A stretch of DNA of 64,000 bases from assembly GCA_037481815.1 (NCBI GenBank), contig JBBFKX010000001.1, positions 64,001 to 128,000 on the forward strand. Reading direction: 5' to 3'. The notes beneath the pieces are model-generated. The model had not been told where the DNA came from. It worked only from the letters and a program-made list of their open reading frames with translations, and searched no databases. Of the stretch, positions 49,826 to 59,826 are shown piece after piece. The DNA is from a candidate division WOR-3 bacterium. GTDB lineage: Bacteria > Hydrothermota > 32-111. The position numbers and the translations under genes were made by a program. Within the stretch, counting starts at the first letter, position 1, and every line of letters begins with the position of its first letter.

Positions 49826-51565
49826 ATGAAAAGAAGAAAAGAGAACTATTTTCAAAAGATATTTTTTTACATAAAAAAAGAAAAACTATTTTTCATATTA
49901 GGTTTTATCATCACAATCCTGGTTTCGATTTCAAGGCTGGTAGATCCACTTATCCTTGCGCATATAGTTGATAAAACGATCCCTTCTGGAAGTGTTTCAG
50001 ATCTATTGAAATATTCGCTGTTTTTTGTTGGTGTTATCGTTATTTCGGGTTTTCTAACATACATTCAAAATTTAATCTTTGCCCGACTCGGTTTGAAACT
50101 CATAACATCTTTAAAAATGGATCTTTTTTCACATATGTTAAAATTACCGATCAGTTTTTTTGATACAAGGAAGGTTGGAGAGTTGATCGCAAGGGTTGAG
50201 AGTGATGGCGAAAGGGTAAAGCAACTATTTTCAAGTCAGATGATAATGATCTTTGGGAACATTATATTCTTTATAGGAATGATAACAGTTTTGATGTTAA
50301 AAAACAGTTTTGTTACTTTAATTCTGCTTATTCCATTATCGTTTGTTTTTATTTTTTCGATTTTATTGATCAGATACCTGACCAAATTTTTCAAAAAGAT
50401 CAGAGAACTTTACGCTGAACTTTCTGCACAGTTAACGGAATACATTCAGGGAATGATGGTGATACAACTTTTTAACAAAGAAGAAAAAATAAAAAATATT
50501 GTCGAAAAGAAATCGAAGGAAAAATTTAATGTTGAAACGAAAACATCGTTCATAGAATATTCGTTCTGGAGTTTACAAACATTTTTTGTTGAAACACTTT
50601 TTATCATAATAGTGATTTTACTCATATCGCCGAAAATTTTTTCAGGAATTTTGACTGTTGGAACACTTGTGATATTTATCCAATATGGATTGAGATTGTT
50701 TGAACCGATTATGCAGATCGCAGAAAATTTCAATATGTTTCAAAGGGCTTTTGTTTCACTACAAAGGATTTTTAACATAATAGAAAATCCAACAGAAGAA
50801 TCGTTCTCAGGTCATAAAAAGATATCGAAACTTGAACAGGATATAGTTTTTGAAAATGTTTCTTTTGAATATAAACAGGGTGAACAGGTTTTAAAAAATA
50901 TTTCGTTTAAAATAAAACAGGGTGAAAAAGTTGCTTTCGTTGGACCGTCTGGAAGTGGAAAAACAACGACAGCAAATCTGCTACTTGGATTTTATAAAAA
51001 CTATACAGGTAAAATTTTAATCGATGGGGTTGAATTAAAAGAGTATGACTTAAAATCTTTAAGGGAACTTTTTGCTTATATACCACAGGAAGGAATAATT
51101 TTCCCGGGAGATATTCTTGAGAATGTGAGATTATATGATGAAGAAATTTACGAAGATGTTGTAAAAAAATCATTAAAAGATGTTTATGGAGAGACACTGC
51201 TTAGCGGGGAGTTTGGCATCTACCGAGAGATCAAAGAGAAAGGCAGAAACATTTCGGCAGGTGAAAAACAGTTCATAAATCTTGCAAGAGTTTTAGTGTT
51301 TTCAAAAGCATCGGTTGTGATAATGGATGAAGCGACATCTTCGATAGATGAAATGACTGAAAAAAGGATAATAAGTGCACTCGATAGAATTCTTGAGAAT
51401 AAGACCTCGATCATAATCGCACATAGATTATCAACAGTCATAAATTGTGATAGGATTTTTCTTTTCGATAATGGAAACATAATAGCATCAGGAACACATA
51501 AGCAGTTGCTGGAAAAATCGAAAGAATACCAAAATATTGTGAAGCAACACATTTTAAAGGACTGA
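49826..51565 (+). CDS. ABC exporter half-transporter (TMD+NBD)
   Basis: GPSGSGKT, degenerate ISAGEKQ signature, MDEAT, IAHRL. Confidence 0.95.
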   Translation: MKRRKENYFQKIFFYIKKEKLFFILGFIITILVSISRLVDPLILAHIVDKTIPSGSVSDLLKYSLFFVGVIVISGFLTYIQNLIFARLGLKLITSLKMDLFSHMLKLPISFFDTRKVGELIARVESDGERVKQLFSSQMIMIFGNIIFFIGMITVLMLKNSFVTLILLIPLSFVFIFSILLIRYLTKFFKKIRELYAELSAQLTEYIQGMMVIQLFNKEEKIKNIVEKKSKEKFNVETKTSFIEYSFWSLQTFFVETLFIIIVILLISPKIFSGILTVGTLVIFIQYGLRLFEPIMQIAENFNMFQRAFVSLQRIFNIIENPTEESFSGHKKISKLEQDIVFENVSFEYKQGEQVLKNISFKIKQGEKVAFVGPSGSGKTTTANLLLGFYKNYTGKILIDGVELKEYDLKSLRELFAYIPQEGIIFPGDILENVRLYDEEIYEDVVKKSLKDVYGETLLSGEFGIYREIKEKGRNISAGEKQFINLARVLVFSKASVVIMDEATSSIDEMTEKRIISALDRILENKTSIIIAHRLSTVINCDRIFLFDNGNIIASGTHKQLLEKSKEYQNIVKQHILKD

Positions 51566-51566
51566 T

Positions 51567-53312
51567 ATGGAACATATTAAATGGGTCTGGCGCGTTTGGA
51601 AAGAGGAGAAAAGGTTTCTATTCCTTCTTTTTTTTATGACTTTGCTTTCAACATTTGTAACAGTATCCTATCCATTTGTTTTTAAAATTCTGTTTGATAA
51701 CCTTAATAAAATTTTGAATTCAAAAATAGAAGTAAAAAATCCGATGGTAGAAATATACAGAATTGTATATTTTCTTCTCGGTGTTGGGATCGTTAGAATT
51801 TTTTCAGGGATGTATCCAACATTGAGAGCGTTTATGAATTACAGATTTGAACATAAACTTAGAATGAAATATTTTTCATATATACTCAAAAAGGACTATT
51901 CGTTTTTCAACAACTTTAGAACAGGAGATCTTGTTACAAGATTGACAGAAGACCTGTCAGATTTTCCAAAGATATGCTGGTTTTTATGTTCGGGAATCTT
52001 TCGAGCACTCGATTCATCTTCAAAAATATTCTTCTGTCTTTTTGTGATGTTTTTCTTGAACTGGAAACTTGCGCTGTTATCAATTCTACCGATACCTTTG
52101 ATGGTTTTAATCTTTTATATGTTAAGCAATAAACTCTATCTTTCGTTCAAAATGAATCAGGAAGCGATAAGTGAGATCAACAATCAACTTGAAATGAGTT
52201 TCTCAGGAATCAAAATAATTAAGTCATACAACAAAGAAAACCAGTACAATAGGTTTTTTGAAAAAGCATTGAATATAAGGATGAGAACCGAAATCGATCT
52301 GATTAAACTCAACTCGTTGATAAATCTTGTTTATGAATATATTGATAGGATCGCCCAGATTGTTGTGATACTTTATGGTGGAATGCTTGTTTTAAAAGGT
52401 GAAATCTCTGTTGGAACTTTTTATGCGTTCTATACTTATCTTTCGATACTTATCTATCCTGTTCTTGACCTCCCACAACTTTTTGTGTCGGGAAAGCAAT
52501 CTTTTGTTAACATCGATCGACTCGAAGAGATAAAGGATTATCCGGTAAAGATCTATAAATCAAACAAAAATTTAAAAATTGATAAAATCGAAAATATTGA
52601 ATTTGAAAATGTTTCGTTTGGATATGATGAGAAGAATCTGATCCTTGAAAACCTTTCGTTTAAGGTCAATAAAGGAGAAAAGATAATAATTGTTGGACAG
52701 GTTGGATCAGGTAAATCAACTCTTTTAAATCTACTCTCTGGCTTCCTTCTCCCAAGGTCTGGAAGGATACTGATAAACGGAATACCTTTTGAGGATATCG
52801 ATTTAAAAAGTTATCGGGAAAAGGTTGGATTTGTTTTGCAGGAGCCATTGTTATTCTCTGGAACATTGAAAGAAAATATTTTGTTTGGGGTTGAAGATTA
52901 TGAGAACGATTATTATGAAAGAGTTTTAAAAATGGTTAATATGAAACAAGAGATAAAAAAGTTTGTTTTAAAGGATGAAACACTGGTAGGGCAGAGGGGA
53001 ACATCGTTAAGTGGTGGGCAAAAGCAGAGAATCTCGATCGCAAGAGCGCTGATGAAAAAACCAGAACTCCTTATTTTTGATGATATCACATCATCACTCG
53101 ATACTGGAAACGAAAAGAGGTTATGGGAATCACTTACAGAATTTTTAAAGGAATCGATAACAATCGTTGTGTCTCATAGATTGGCAACGATCAAATATAT
53201 GGATAAAGTGATATTTTTGAATGATCGAAGAACAAAAGGATGTTGTTTACACGATGAACTTTACAAAAACGATTTAGAGTATAAAATTTTTATAGACAAG
53301 GAAAGAGATTGA
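51567..53312 (+). CDS. ABC exporter half-transporter (heterodimer partner)
   Basis: GQVGSGKS, LSGGQKQ, non-canonical FDD Walker B, SHRL. Confidence 0.95.
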   Translation: MEHIKWVWRVWKEEKRFLFLLFFMTLLSTFVTVSYPFVFKILFDNLNKILNSKIEVKNPMVEIYRIVYFLLGVGIVRIFSGMYPTLRAFMNYRFEHKLRMKYFSYILKKDYSFFNNFRTGDLVTRLTEDLSDFPKICWFLCSGIFRALDSSSKIFFCLFVMFFLNWKLALLSILPIPLMVLIFYMLSNKLYLSFKMNQEAISEINNQLEMSFSGIKIIKSYNKENQYNRFFEKALNIRMRTEIDLIKLNSLINLVYEYIDRIAQIVVILYGGMLVLKGEISVGTFYAFYTYLSILIYPVLDLPQLFVSGKQSFVNIDRLEEIKDYPVKIYKSNKNLKIDKIENIEFENVSFGYDEKNLILENLSFKVNKGEKIIIVGQVGSGKSTLLNLLSGFLLPRSGRILINGIPFEDIDLKSYREKVGFVLQEPLLFSGTLKENILFGVEDYENDYYERVLKMVNMKQEIKKFVLKDETLVGQRGTSLSGGQKQRISIARALMKKPELLIFDDITSSLDTGNEKRLWESLTEFLKESITIVVSHRLATIKYMDKVIFLNDRRTKGCCLHDELYKNDLEYKIFIDKERD

Positions 53313-53668
53313 AAAAAGGGGGAATAATTTTTTTTAAAACAAAAAATCTTGAAGAAATAAAAAAATTTTATATAGAAAATTTTAAAATGGAAGTTTTTAT
53401 CGATCAAAAAAAGTGTGTGATTTTGAAATATGAAAATCTTTTGCTTGGTTTCTGTGATTCTGATGAGGTCGAAAATTCTGGGGTGATAACATTCTTTTTC
53501 GAAACGAAAAACGATGTTGAAAAAATGTATGAAAAATTAAAAGATTATGTTTCAGTTGAGTTGAAAACGAACACATACTTTAAGATATACCATTTTTACA
53601 TCAAAGATCCTGAAGGTAGAAGTGTTGAGATACAACATTTTCTCGAAAAAGATTCTGATATTTGCTGA
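53309..53668 (+). CDS. VOC/glyoxalase family protein
   Basis: T.NLEE...FY, HFY.KDPEGR.VEIQ. Confidence 0.85.
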   Translation: MKKGGIIFFKTKNLEEIKKFYIENFKMEVFIDQKKCVILKYENLLLGFCDSDEVENSGVITFFFETKNDVEKMYEKLKDYVSVELKTNTYFKIYHFYIKDPEGRSVEIQHFLEKDSDIC

Positions 53669-53670
53669 TT

Positions 53671-54789
53671 ATGAAAAAAGATTTAGATATCATTTATATT
53701 GAAACATTGAGAGCAAGGGCACAGGTTTACAATTTGCTCGGGAAAACTGATCGAGCACTCAAAGATATTAAAATCGGAGAAAAAATCGCAGAAAAAAAGA
53801 ATCTTATGAGTAATCTTGCAAAACTCTATATGGAGAGAGTTGTTTCCTATGAGATTTTAAACGATTTTGATAATATGATGGTTTATGCGAAAAAGTCATC
53901 TGAACTTTTTAAATCAATAGGTGATTTAACGGGGTATGCAAACAGTTTGAATTCCTATGCGATGTCACTCGGGAGTAAAGGTGAGTATGACAAAGAACTT
54001 GAAATCCTGCAGGAGTGTTATTCTATTCTTGTAAAACAGTATCAAATAAGTGAGAATCAAGAAAAAAGCAGAGCAGGGTCCGCTTTTGGATTCGTTTTGA
54101 ATAATCTTGGTTTTGTTTACAAGGTAAAAGGTGATAATGAAAAATCTTTGAATTTTTATTTCGAATCTCTGAAAGTGAGAACAGAGATAGAGGATAAGTT
54201 AGCACAGGCACAATCTTTGAACAATATAGGAATGATCTACGCAAGGAATAAAGATTATGATAACGGAATTTTATATCTTGAGAAAGCAAAGGATCTTTTG
54301 AAAAAGATCGGTGAAAAAAAGATGTTATCATCAATAGTTTATAACCTTGGACACATTTATCTTTTTAAAAATGATTTTGAAAGAAGTTTAGAACTTTTTT
54401 TTGAATCGCTTCCGATTAAACGGGAAATTTTTGATCATTCAACCGAGGTTTTAAATCTTGCTTCTATAGGAGTTGTTTATGGAAAAAAAGGAGATTATGA
54501 AAAATCGATCAAATATTTAAAAGATGCGATCAGGTTAAGGATCAAAATAAATTTTTATCAGAATATCGATAAAAACTTTGTTTCACTTTTTGAAAGTTTT
54601 AAAGAAATAAATAGAATGAAAGAGTCATTTAGATATTTTTTAAGATTATTTGAAAAATTTCTAAGAAAAGAAAATAAAGAAATCGCAAAAATATTGTATG
54701 AAATGATTTTAAAACACAAAGATGAAAAAGATCTAACAGAAAAAGTTATCTCGTTTGAGCAAAAGTATAAAAATATTTTCTCTCAATAA
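53671..54789 (+). CDS. Tetratricopeptide-repeat protein, paralog of 45707-47095
   Basis: LNNLG.VY...G...KSL repeats; ATG 53671. Confidence 0.85.
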   Translation: MKKDLDIIYIETLRARAQVYNLLGKTDRALKDIKIGEKIAEKKNLMSNLAKLYMERVVSYEILNDFDNMMVYAKKSSELFKSIGDLTGYANSLNSYAMSLGSKGEYDKELEILQECYSILVKQYQISENQEKSRAGSAFGFVLNNLGFVYKVKGDNEKSLNFYFESLKVRTEIEDKLAQAQSLNNIGMIYARNKDYDNGILYLEKAKDLLKKIGEKKMLSSIVYNLGHIYLFKNDFERSLELFFESLPIKREIFDHSTEVLNLASIGVVYGKKGDYEKSIKYLKDAIRLRIKINFYQNIDKNFVSLFESFKEINRMKESFRYFLRLFEKFLRKENKEIAKILYEMILKHKDEKDLTEKVISFEQKYKNIFSQ

Positions 54790-55364
54790 AATTTCATACT
54801 TCCAAGAATCTTATCAAGTATTTTTTGTTGATCTGTTGAAATAAATTCATTTTCAACTATATAGGTTATTACAATATCGTTTGCAAAATATATCAAGGAT
54901 TTTGTATATGTTGTGTAAATCTCATCCTCGTATTCATAATCATAACCAAGCAAAAAATCAAAATAGTAAAAACTTTTTCCATTGATCGTTTTTATCGATT
55001 TTTTCACATCATCGATAAAATATCCCTGATTTTCAAAAGATGTTGCGAACTCATATTCAATAAAAGACTGGATCGAATCAATCTCTTGAGCGGTTGATTT
55101 TGAAGGATCTTTTGTAAAATCGTTTAAAACACCTTTTCCAATGAAGAACCAGAACTTATCACTTCCAGAACTTTCTTTTTCTGGTGTCCATATCTTTTGT
55201 ATCAGTTTATCGTTTGTGGCTTCTTCGAATTTCCAGTTCTTTGGAACTGTTACTGACATTTTTAAATCTTTTAAATCATAGGTCTTGTAGGTTATTGTTG
55301 TTTCCGAGGAGATAAAAAGAGAAATTGTGAACACAAAAAGTAAAAAAAGAGTATATTTTTTCAA
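54783..55364 (-). CDS. Secreted hypothetical protein (PsbP-like fold possible)
   Basis: AGGAGG RBS + TTG 55364; signal peptide; SVTVPKNW, TING, LDKILGSMKF. Confidence 0.6.
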   Translation of the reverse strand: MKKYTLFLLFVFTISLFISSETTITYKTYDLKDLKMSVTVPKNWKFEEATNDKLIQKIWTPEKESSGSDKFWFFIGKGVLNDFTKDPSKSTAQEIDSIQSFIEYEFATSFENQGYFIDDVKKSIKTINGKSFYYFDFLLGYDYEYEDEIYTTYTKSLIYFANDIVITYIVENEFISTDQQKILDKILGSMKFY

Positions 55365-55424
55365 GAGCCCTCCTTTTTTAAAACTTAACAGATCGAAACA
55401 AAAAGTCAACAAAAATTTTTACTA

Positions 55425-55452
55425 TTGACAACCAGTAAAGTTTTAATATAAT
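55425..55452 (+). promoter_or_regulatory. Sigma70 promoter of tRNA-Asn
   Basis: TTGACA-16bp-TATAAT. Confidence 0.8.
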
Positions 55453-55484
55453 AAATTTCAAAAATTGGTATTTACATTTGGCAT

Positions 55485-55560
55485 TCCTCGGTAGCTCAGT
55501 CGGTAGAGCGAGTGGCTGTTAACCACCAGGTCGGGGGTTCGAGTCCCTCCCGGGGAGCCA
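55485..55560 (+). tRNA. tRNA-Asn(GTT), CCA encoded
   Basis: TCCTCGG/CCGGGGA-G-CCA; anticodon loop CT-GTT-AA; GTTCGA. Confidence 0.95.
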
Positions 55561-55626
55561 AGTTTAAAAATTTTACTCATTACCTTTTACCTTGATTTCC
55601 TCTCATTTCTTACTATCATTTAAAAT

Positions 55627-56517
55627 ATGAAAAATTTTTTTAATTATATTTTTATCACTTGGAAAATTTCGGATGAAATTGTTACTGATAATAAAAAAAG
55701 AAAAAAATTAAAATATGTAGTTTTATTTGTTTCATTTTTGCTGGTTATTCTGCTTGGGATCATCGATCACAAAACCGGATTTGAAGTATCTTTCTCAATT
55801 TTCTATTTGATCCCTATATCCCTTTCAATTCTTTTTGGTGGTTTTTATGGTGGTTTCATTATTTCGGTGTTTTCAGCTGTAGTATGAGCTCTGGCTGATG
55901 TGTACAGTGGACACCAATATAAAAATTTTATGATTCCAATATGGAATGCTATAATGCGTTTTGGATATTTTTCTCTCCATTCATTTTTTATGTCCCGTTT
56001 TCTTGAAATGTATAAAAAGGTAAAAAAAGAATCGTTGACTGATTCATTAACTGGTACTACAAACAGCAGATTTTTTTACATTCTGTTTGAACAAGAACTT
56101 CTGAAGGCGAAAAGGAACAAAAAACCTTTTACACTCGCTTATATAGATCTTGATAACTTTAAATCTATGAACGATACTTTCGGACATCTTGCAGGTGATT
56201 CGCTTCTTATAAAAATTGCACAAACAATAAAGAAAAATATCAGGGAAACAGATATATTCGCAAGAATTGCTGGTGATGAATTTGTATTACTTTTACCAGA
56301 AACTGATTATAACCTCTCAGATAATATTTTAAAAAGATTAAAGGATGTTGTTGTGCTTGAAGTTAAAAAGAACAATTATCCTGTTACATTGAGTATTGGT
56401 GCTATAACTTTCAATAGGTTTGATTATGAGATAAATGAAATGATCAAACAAACAGATGATTTAATGTATAAAATTAAAAGGGAAGGAAAAAATAACATTG
56501 AACATTCATCAATGTAA
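55627..56517 (+). pseudogene. Membrane-anchored diguanylate cyclase interrupted by in-frame TGA at 55885-55887
   Basis: ORFs 55627-55887 and 55900-56517 are in the same frame; TD.LTG, IDLDNFK..ND.FGH..GD, RETD I-site, AGDEF. Confidence 0.85.
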
Positions 56518-56522
56518 AATAA

Positions 56523-57719
56523 TCACTCACTCAAAATATATCCAATCCCTATTGAAAACAGTACTCCGTCTTTTGTTGTTTTACCAGGTATATAACCCTG
56601 TGTTTTATAACCTATCTGTGCTTCTATGTTCCATTTTTCTTTTATGCGATATGACAGATCTGTTGAAACAAGAAAACCTTTTCCATAATATTCCTGTGTC
56701 CAGAAGTCAGAGGTTAAGCCGAAAGATAAATTTTTGAATTTTAAAACTTCTGGAATCGCAAGACCTATTCCATTATTTTTGAAGGGTAAACCGTATCTGA
56801 AATAAAGATTCATAAAACGATTGTAAACTTTTAGATAACTGTTAAAATAAAGTTCAACACCAAGTGGTGATGTATTGAAAAATGTTCCATAAGACCATAA
56901 AAAGTTTTTGTTTCCAATATAAAAAGGTCTTTTGCCTTTGAGTTCGTCTCCAAAGTATGATAAAACCTGTTGATAAAGATTTATATCCAAAAGATTCCAT
57001 AAGATTGAAAGGTATGCTGCATTGTTATAAAATTTTACAAGTCCTTCATTAACCGAACTATCGGGATTAAAAATATTTCTTCCATTCATCTCCCACACAA
57101 GTTTTGTAAAGTTAACAGGATCACCACCTGAATTTATCCATGTTTGTTTATCTTCTGGATTCTGTTTTGCTATAAGAAAAGCATAAAAAGGATACATTAT
57201 TCTGTTTCCAAAAGACATACTGTATTCATCGTTATATAAACCATCATATCTGTAAAAATCGAATTGAACATTTTTTGTTGTAAGATAGTTTGCTTCAAAG
57301 CCCCCGATAAGCGCAAGAGTGTGATCCTCTAATGTAGCATTTGATGGTAGATCCATGTCTCCGACAACACCGGGAAACTGAAATCTAACAAATGAAAAAT
57401 TACCGCCGACCTGTTCTGCTCTTAAATAATGGCCAAACTCGTGTGGCCATAACATCGAAAACCATCTTGATGTGAAACTGAATGTAAAACCAAGAACTCC
57501 TTTAATAAAACCATTTTCGATTTTTGACGAAATTCCTCGATAGTATATATCACTGAAAATTTTTAGACCTGTTCGAAAATTTTCGGATGAATTCATTATA
57601 TCGTATTTGTTGGCATAAAGGAAAATATAATCTCTATGGTAAAGATCTGAATTCATATTTTCCTGTGAAAAAATCTTTAAAGATAAAAAAAGGACAAATA
57701 ATAAAAAGATTTTTCTCAT
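56523..57719 (-). CDS. Secreted/outer-membrane hypothetical protein with HExxH
   Basis: GGAG RBS, signal peptide, WPHEFGHY, beta-strand-like C-terminus. Confidence 0.65.
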   Translation of the reverse strand: MRKIFLLFVLFLSLKIFSQENMNSDLYHRDYIFLYANKYDIMNSSENFRTGLKIFSDIYYRGISSKIENGFIKGVLGFTFSFTSRWFSMLWPHEFGHYLRAEQVGGNFSFVRFQFPGVVGDMDLPSNATLEDHTLALIGGFEANYLTTKNVQFDFYRYDGLYNDEYSMSFGNRIMYPFYAFLIAKQNPEDKQTWINSGGDPVNFTKLVWEMNGRNIFNPDSSVNEGLVKFYNNAAYLSILWNLLDINLYQQVLSYFGDELKGKRPFYIGNKNFLWSYGTFFNTSPLGVELYFNSYLKVYNRFMNLYFRYGLPFKNNGIGLAIPEVLKFKNLSFGLTSDFWTQEYYGKGFLVSTDLSYRIKEKWNIEAQIGYKTQGYIPGKTTKDGVLFSIGIGYILSE

Positions 57720-57856
57720 TCCATCTCCTGTTTACGACTAATATTATTTAAAAATAAATAAAAAAAAAGTCAATGGTTTTCAAAATTCTTTCACTTATAA
57801 AAATAGTTGACTTGGATTGAATAAACGATAATATAAATTCTAAATCAGGAGTCGGT

Positions 57857-59059
57857 TTGGAACATATTTTTATAATCGCGTCGATATGGCTTGGACTTGC
57901 TGTAATTTCAGCCATCATCGCATACCATTTAAAAATATCTATAGCACTTGTTGAAATCTGTGTTGGAATTTTCGCAGCTTTTCTTTCAGATAAATTTTTT
58001 GGAACCGAACTTGTAGGCAACAATCAGGAATGGTTAAAGTTCCTTGCATCAGCGGGTTCAATATTTTTAACTTTTCTTGCAGGTGCTGAACTTGATCCAA
58101 AAGTTATAAAGGTAAAATTGAAAGAGGTATTTCTTGTTGGATTTATTGGCTTTTTTGCTCCATTTATTGGTGCATCATTGATTTCATATTTTTTATTAAA
58201 ATGGGATATAAGGGCGAGTTTACTTTCTGGAATCGCTTTATCAACAACTTCAATGGCTGTTGTTTATTCTGTTATGCTTGAAACGGGACTCAACAAAACT
58301 GAGTATGGGAAAGGAATTTTGGGCGCTTGTTTTATCAACGATCTTGGGACTGTTATAGCACTCGGACTGATTTTTTCACCTTTCTCAATTAAAACATTAG
58401 TTTTTGTAATATTAACTGTTATTGTATTAATATTGTTTCCAATAATTACACAATTTATTACGAAAATTTATGGGAACAGAACAGCTGCTATAAGGATCAA
58501 ATGGGTCTCATTTGTGCTTTTTGCAATGAGTGCTTTTGCAATCTGGTCAGGTAGTGAAGCAGTTTTTCCAGCATACCTTCTTGGAATGGCACTCGCTGAG
58601 TTCGCAACAAAAAACAACATCTGGGTTAGAAGAGTGAGAAGTTTAACTGTTGGATTTTTAACACCATTCTATTTTATTCGTGCTGGGTCACTTGTTGGTA
58701 TTTCATCTTTAGTCTCTGCACCATTTGTGTTTTTAATTCTATTCCTGAGTAAGGTAATTTCAAAAATTTTTGGGTTATTTCCTGTAATAAGCATTTTTAG
58801 AAGTGATCAGAAAGAAAGATGGTATTACACACTGTTGATGTCAACAGGTTTAACTTTTGGAACGATTTCTGCTCTCTTTGGATACTCTCATAATATCATC
58901 AACAAAGAGCAGTACTCATTGCTTGTCATAACTGTTATTGCGAGTGCTGTGATACCAACAATGATTGCAAACTTCTATTTTCTTCCAAAACATCTGATCA
59001 AAAAAGAGAAAGAGAGTGTGAATGTGTATGCGAAATTGGAAGATATAAATGAAGAGTAA
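57857..59059 (+). CDS. Cation:proton antiporter (CPA2-like)
   Basis: LTFLAGAELD, STTSMAVV, FINDLGT, PFYFIRAG; AGGAG RBS before TTG. Confidence 0.9.
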   Translation: MEHIFIIASIWLGLAVISAIIAYHLKISIALVEICVGIFAAFLSDKFFGTELVGNNQEWLKFLASAGSIFLTFLAGAELDPKVIKVKLKEVFLVGFIGFFAPFIGASLISYFLLKWDIRASLLSGIALSTTSMAVVYSVMLETGLNKTEYGKGILGACFINDLGTVIALGLIFSPFSIKTLVFVILTVIVLILFPIITQFITKIYGNRTAAIRIKWVSFVLFAMSAFAIWSGSEAVFPAYLLGMALAEFATKNNIWVRRVRSLTVGFLTPFYFIRAGSLVGISSLVSAPFVFLILFLSKVISKIFGLFPVISIFRSDQKERWYYTLLMSTGLTFGTISALFGYSHNIINKEQYSLLVITVIASAVIPTMIANFYFLPKHLIKKEKESVNVYAKLEDINEE

Positions 59060-59441
59060 AAGTTTTTTGATCAAAATATCATTTTTAATAGGAGGGATTT
59101 TATTATTCGTGATTGGAATATCGATTGCAAGATTTGGTGTTCTGATTGCAGAGATTTTTATTTTTTCAGGAATTCTGATAATAATTGTTGGAATAATTTC
59201 AGGATTTTGGCAGGATCGAAAGAAAAAAAGAAAGAGAAGAAAATTTTTTGAAGTTGATGGAGTTGATCTTTTATTTTTAGGTTTTATTCTTTTTCTTGTT
59301 TCTATTGGGCTCGTAAATCTTTCTTTTCGCAAGAATCCATTTACTTTGATTATCTATTTGATTGGATACTTAGGTATCTTCTTGATCGTTTTTGGGGTTT
59401 TCAAGATTGTTTATAGAATTGTAAAAAGATTTAGGAAATGA
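59049..59441 (+). CDS. Small membrane protein (4 TM)
   Basis: Hydrophobic segments; overlaps the antiporter stop. Confidence 0.6.
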   Translation: MKSKSFLIKISFLIGGILLFVIGISIARFGVLIAEIFIFSGILIIIVGIISGFWQDRKKKRKRRKFFEVDGVDLLFLGFILFLVSIGLVNLSFRKNPFTLIIYLIGYLGIFLIVFGVFKIVYRIVKRFRK

Positions 59442-59826
59442 CCTTTGAGTTTTTTCTTACCAATAATTTTTTAAATAAAACAATCACTCCAAATAGTTTT
59501 TTGTTGACTTTGTAGAAAATAGGGTTTAAAATTTATAAAAAATGATAGTTGTTTGTAATCAGTTAAAAAAGACCTTCCAATTTTTCACATTTTTGAAAAG
59601 ATGGTTGAATGAAAAATCTCACTCTTAAAAGATTTTTTCTTAATCTTTATTGGAGAAAAAATTAGAAATCGAAAAAAATTCCCGATAAAAATTTCCCCCT
59701 GTCATTTTAAGAGTATGGGAATATATCAAAAATTCAAATAGGAGGTTCTGGAAAATATTTATGAAAGTGTGTTTAGAAAATCATTTTAAAAAGATCATTT
59801 TAATGATCAGGTAAAAAGGAGAAAAG

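Noticed and set aside
55885..55887. TGA recoding (Trp or Sec)
   Set aside because: TGA terminates other intact genes; the context is a TM helix with no evident SECIS
57780..57856. Fluoride riboswitch upstream of the cation:proton antiporter
   Set aside because: No matching consensus seen
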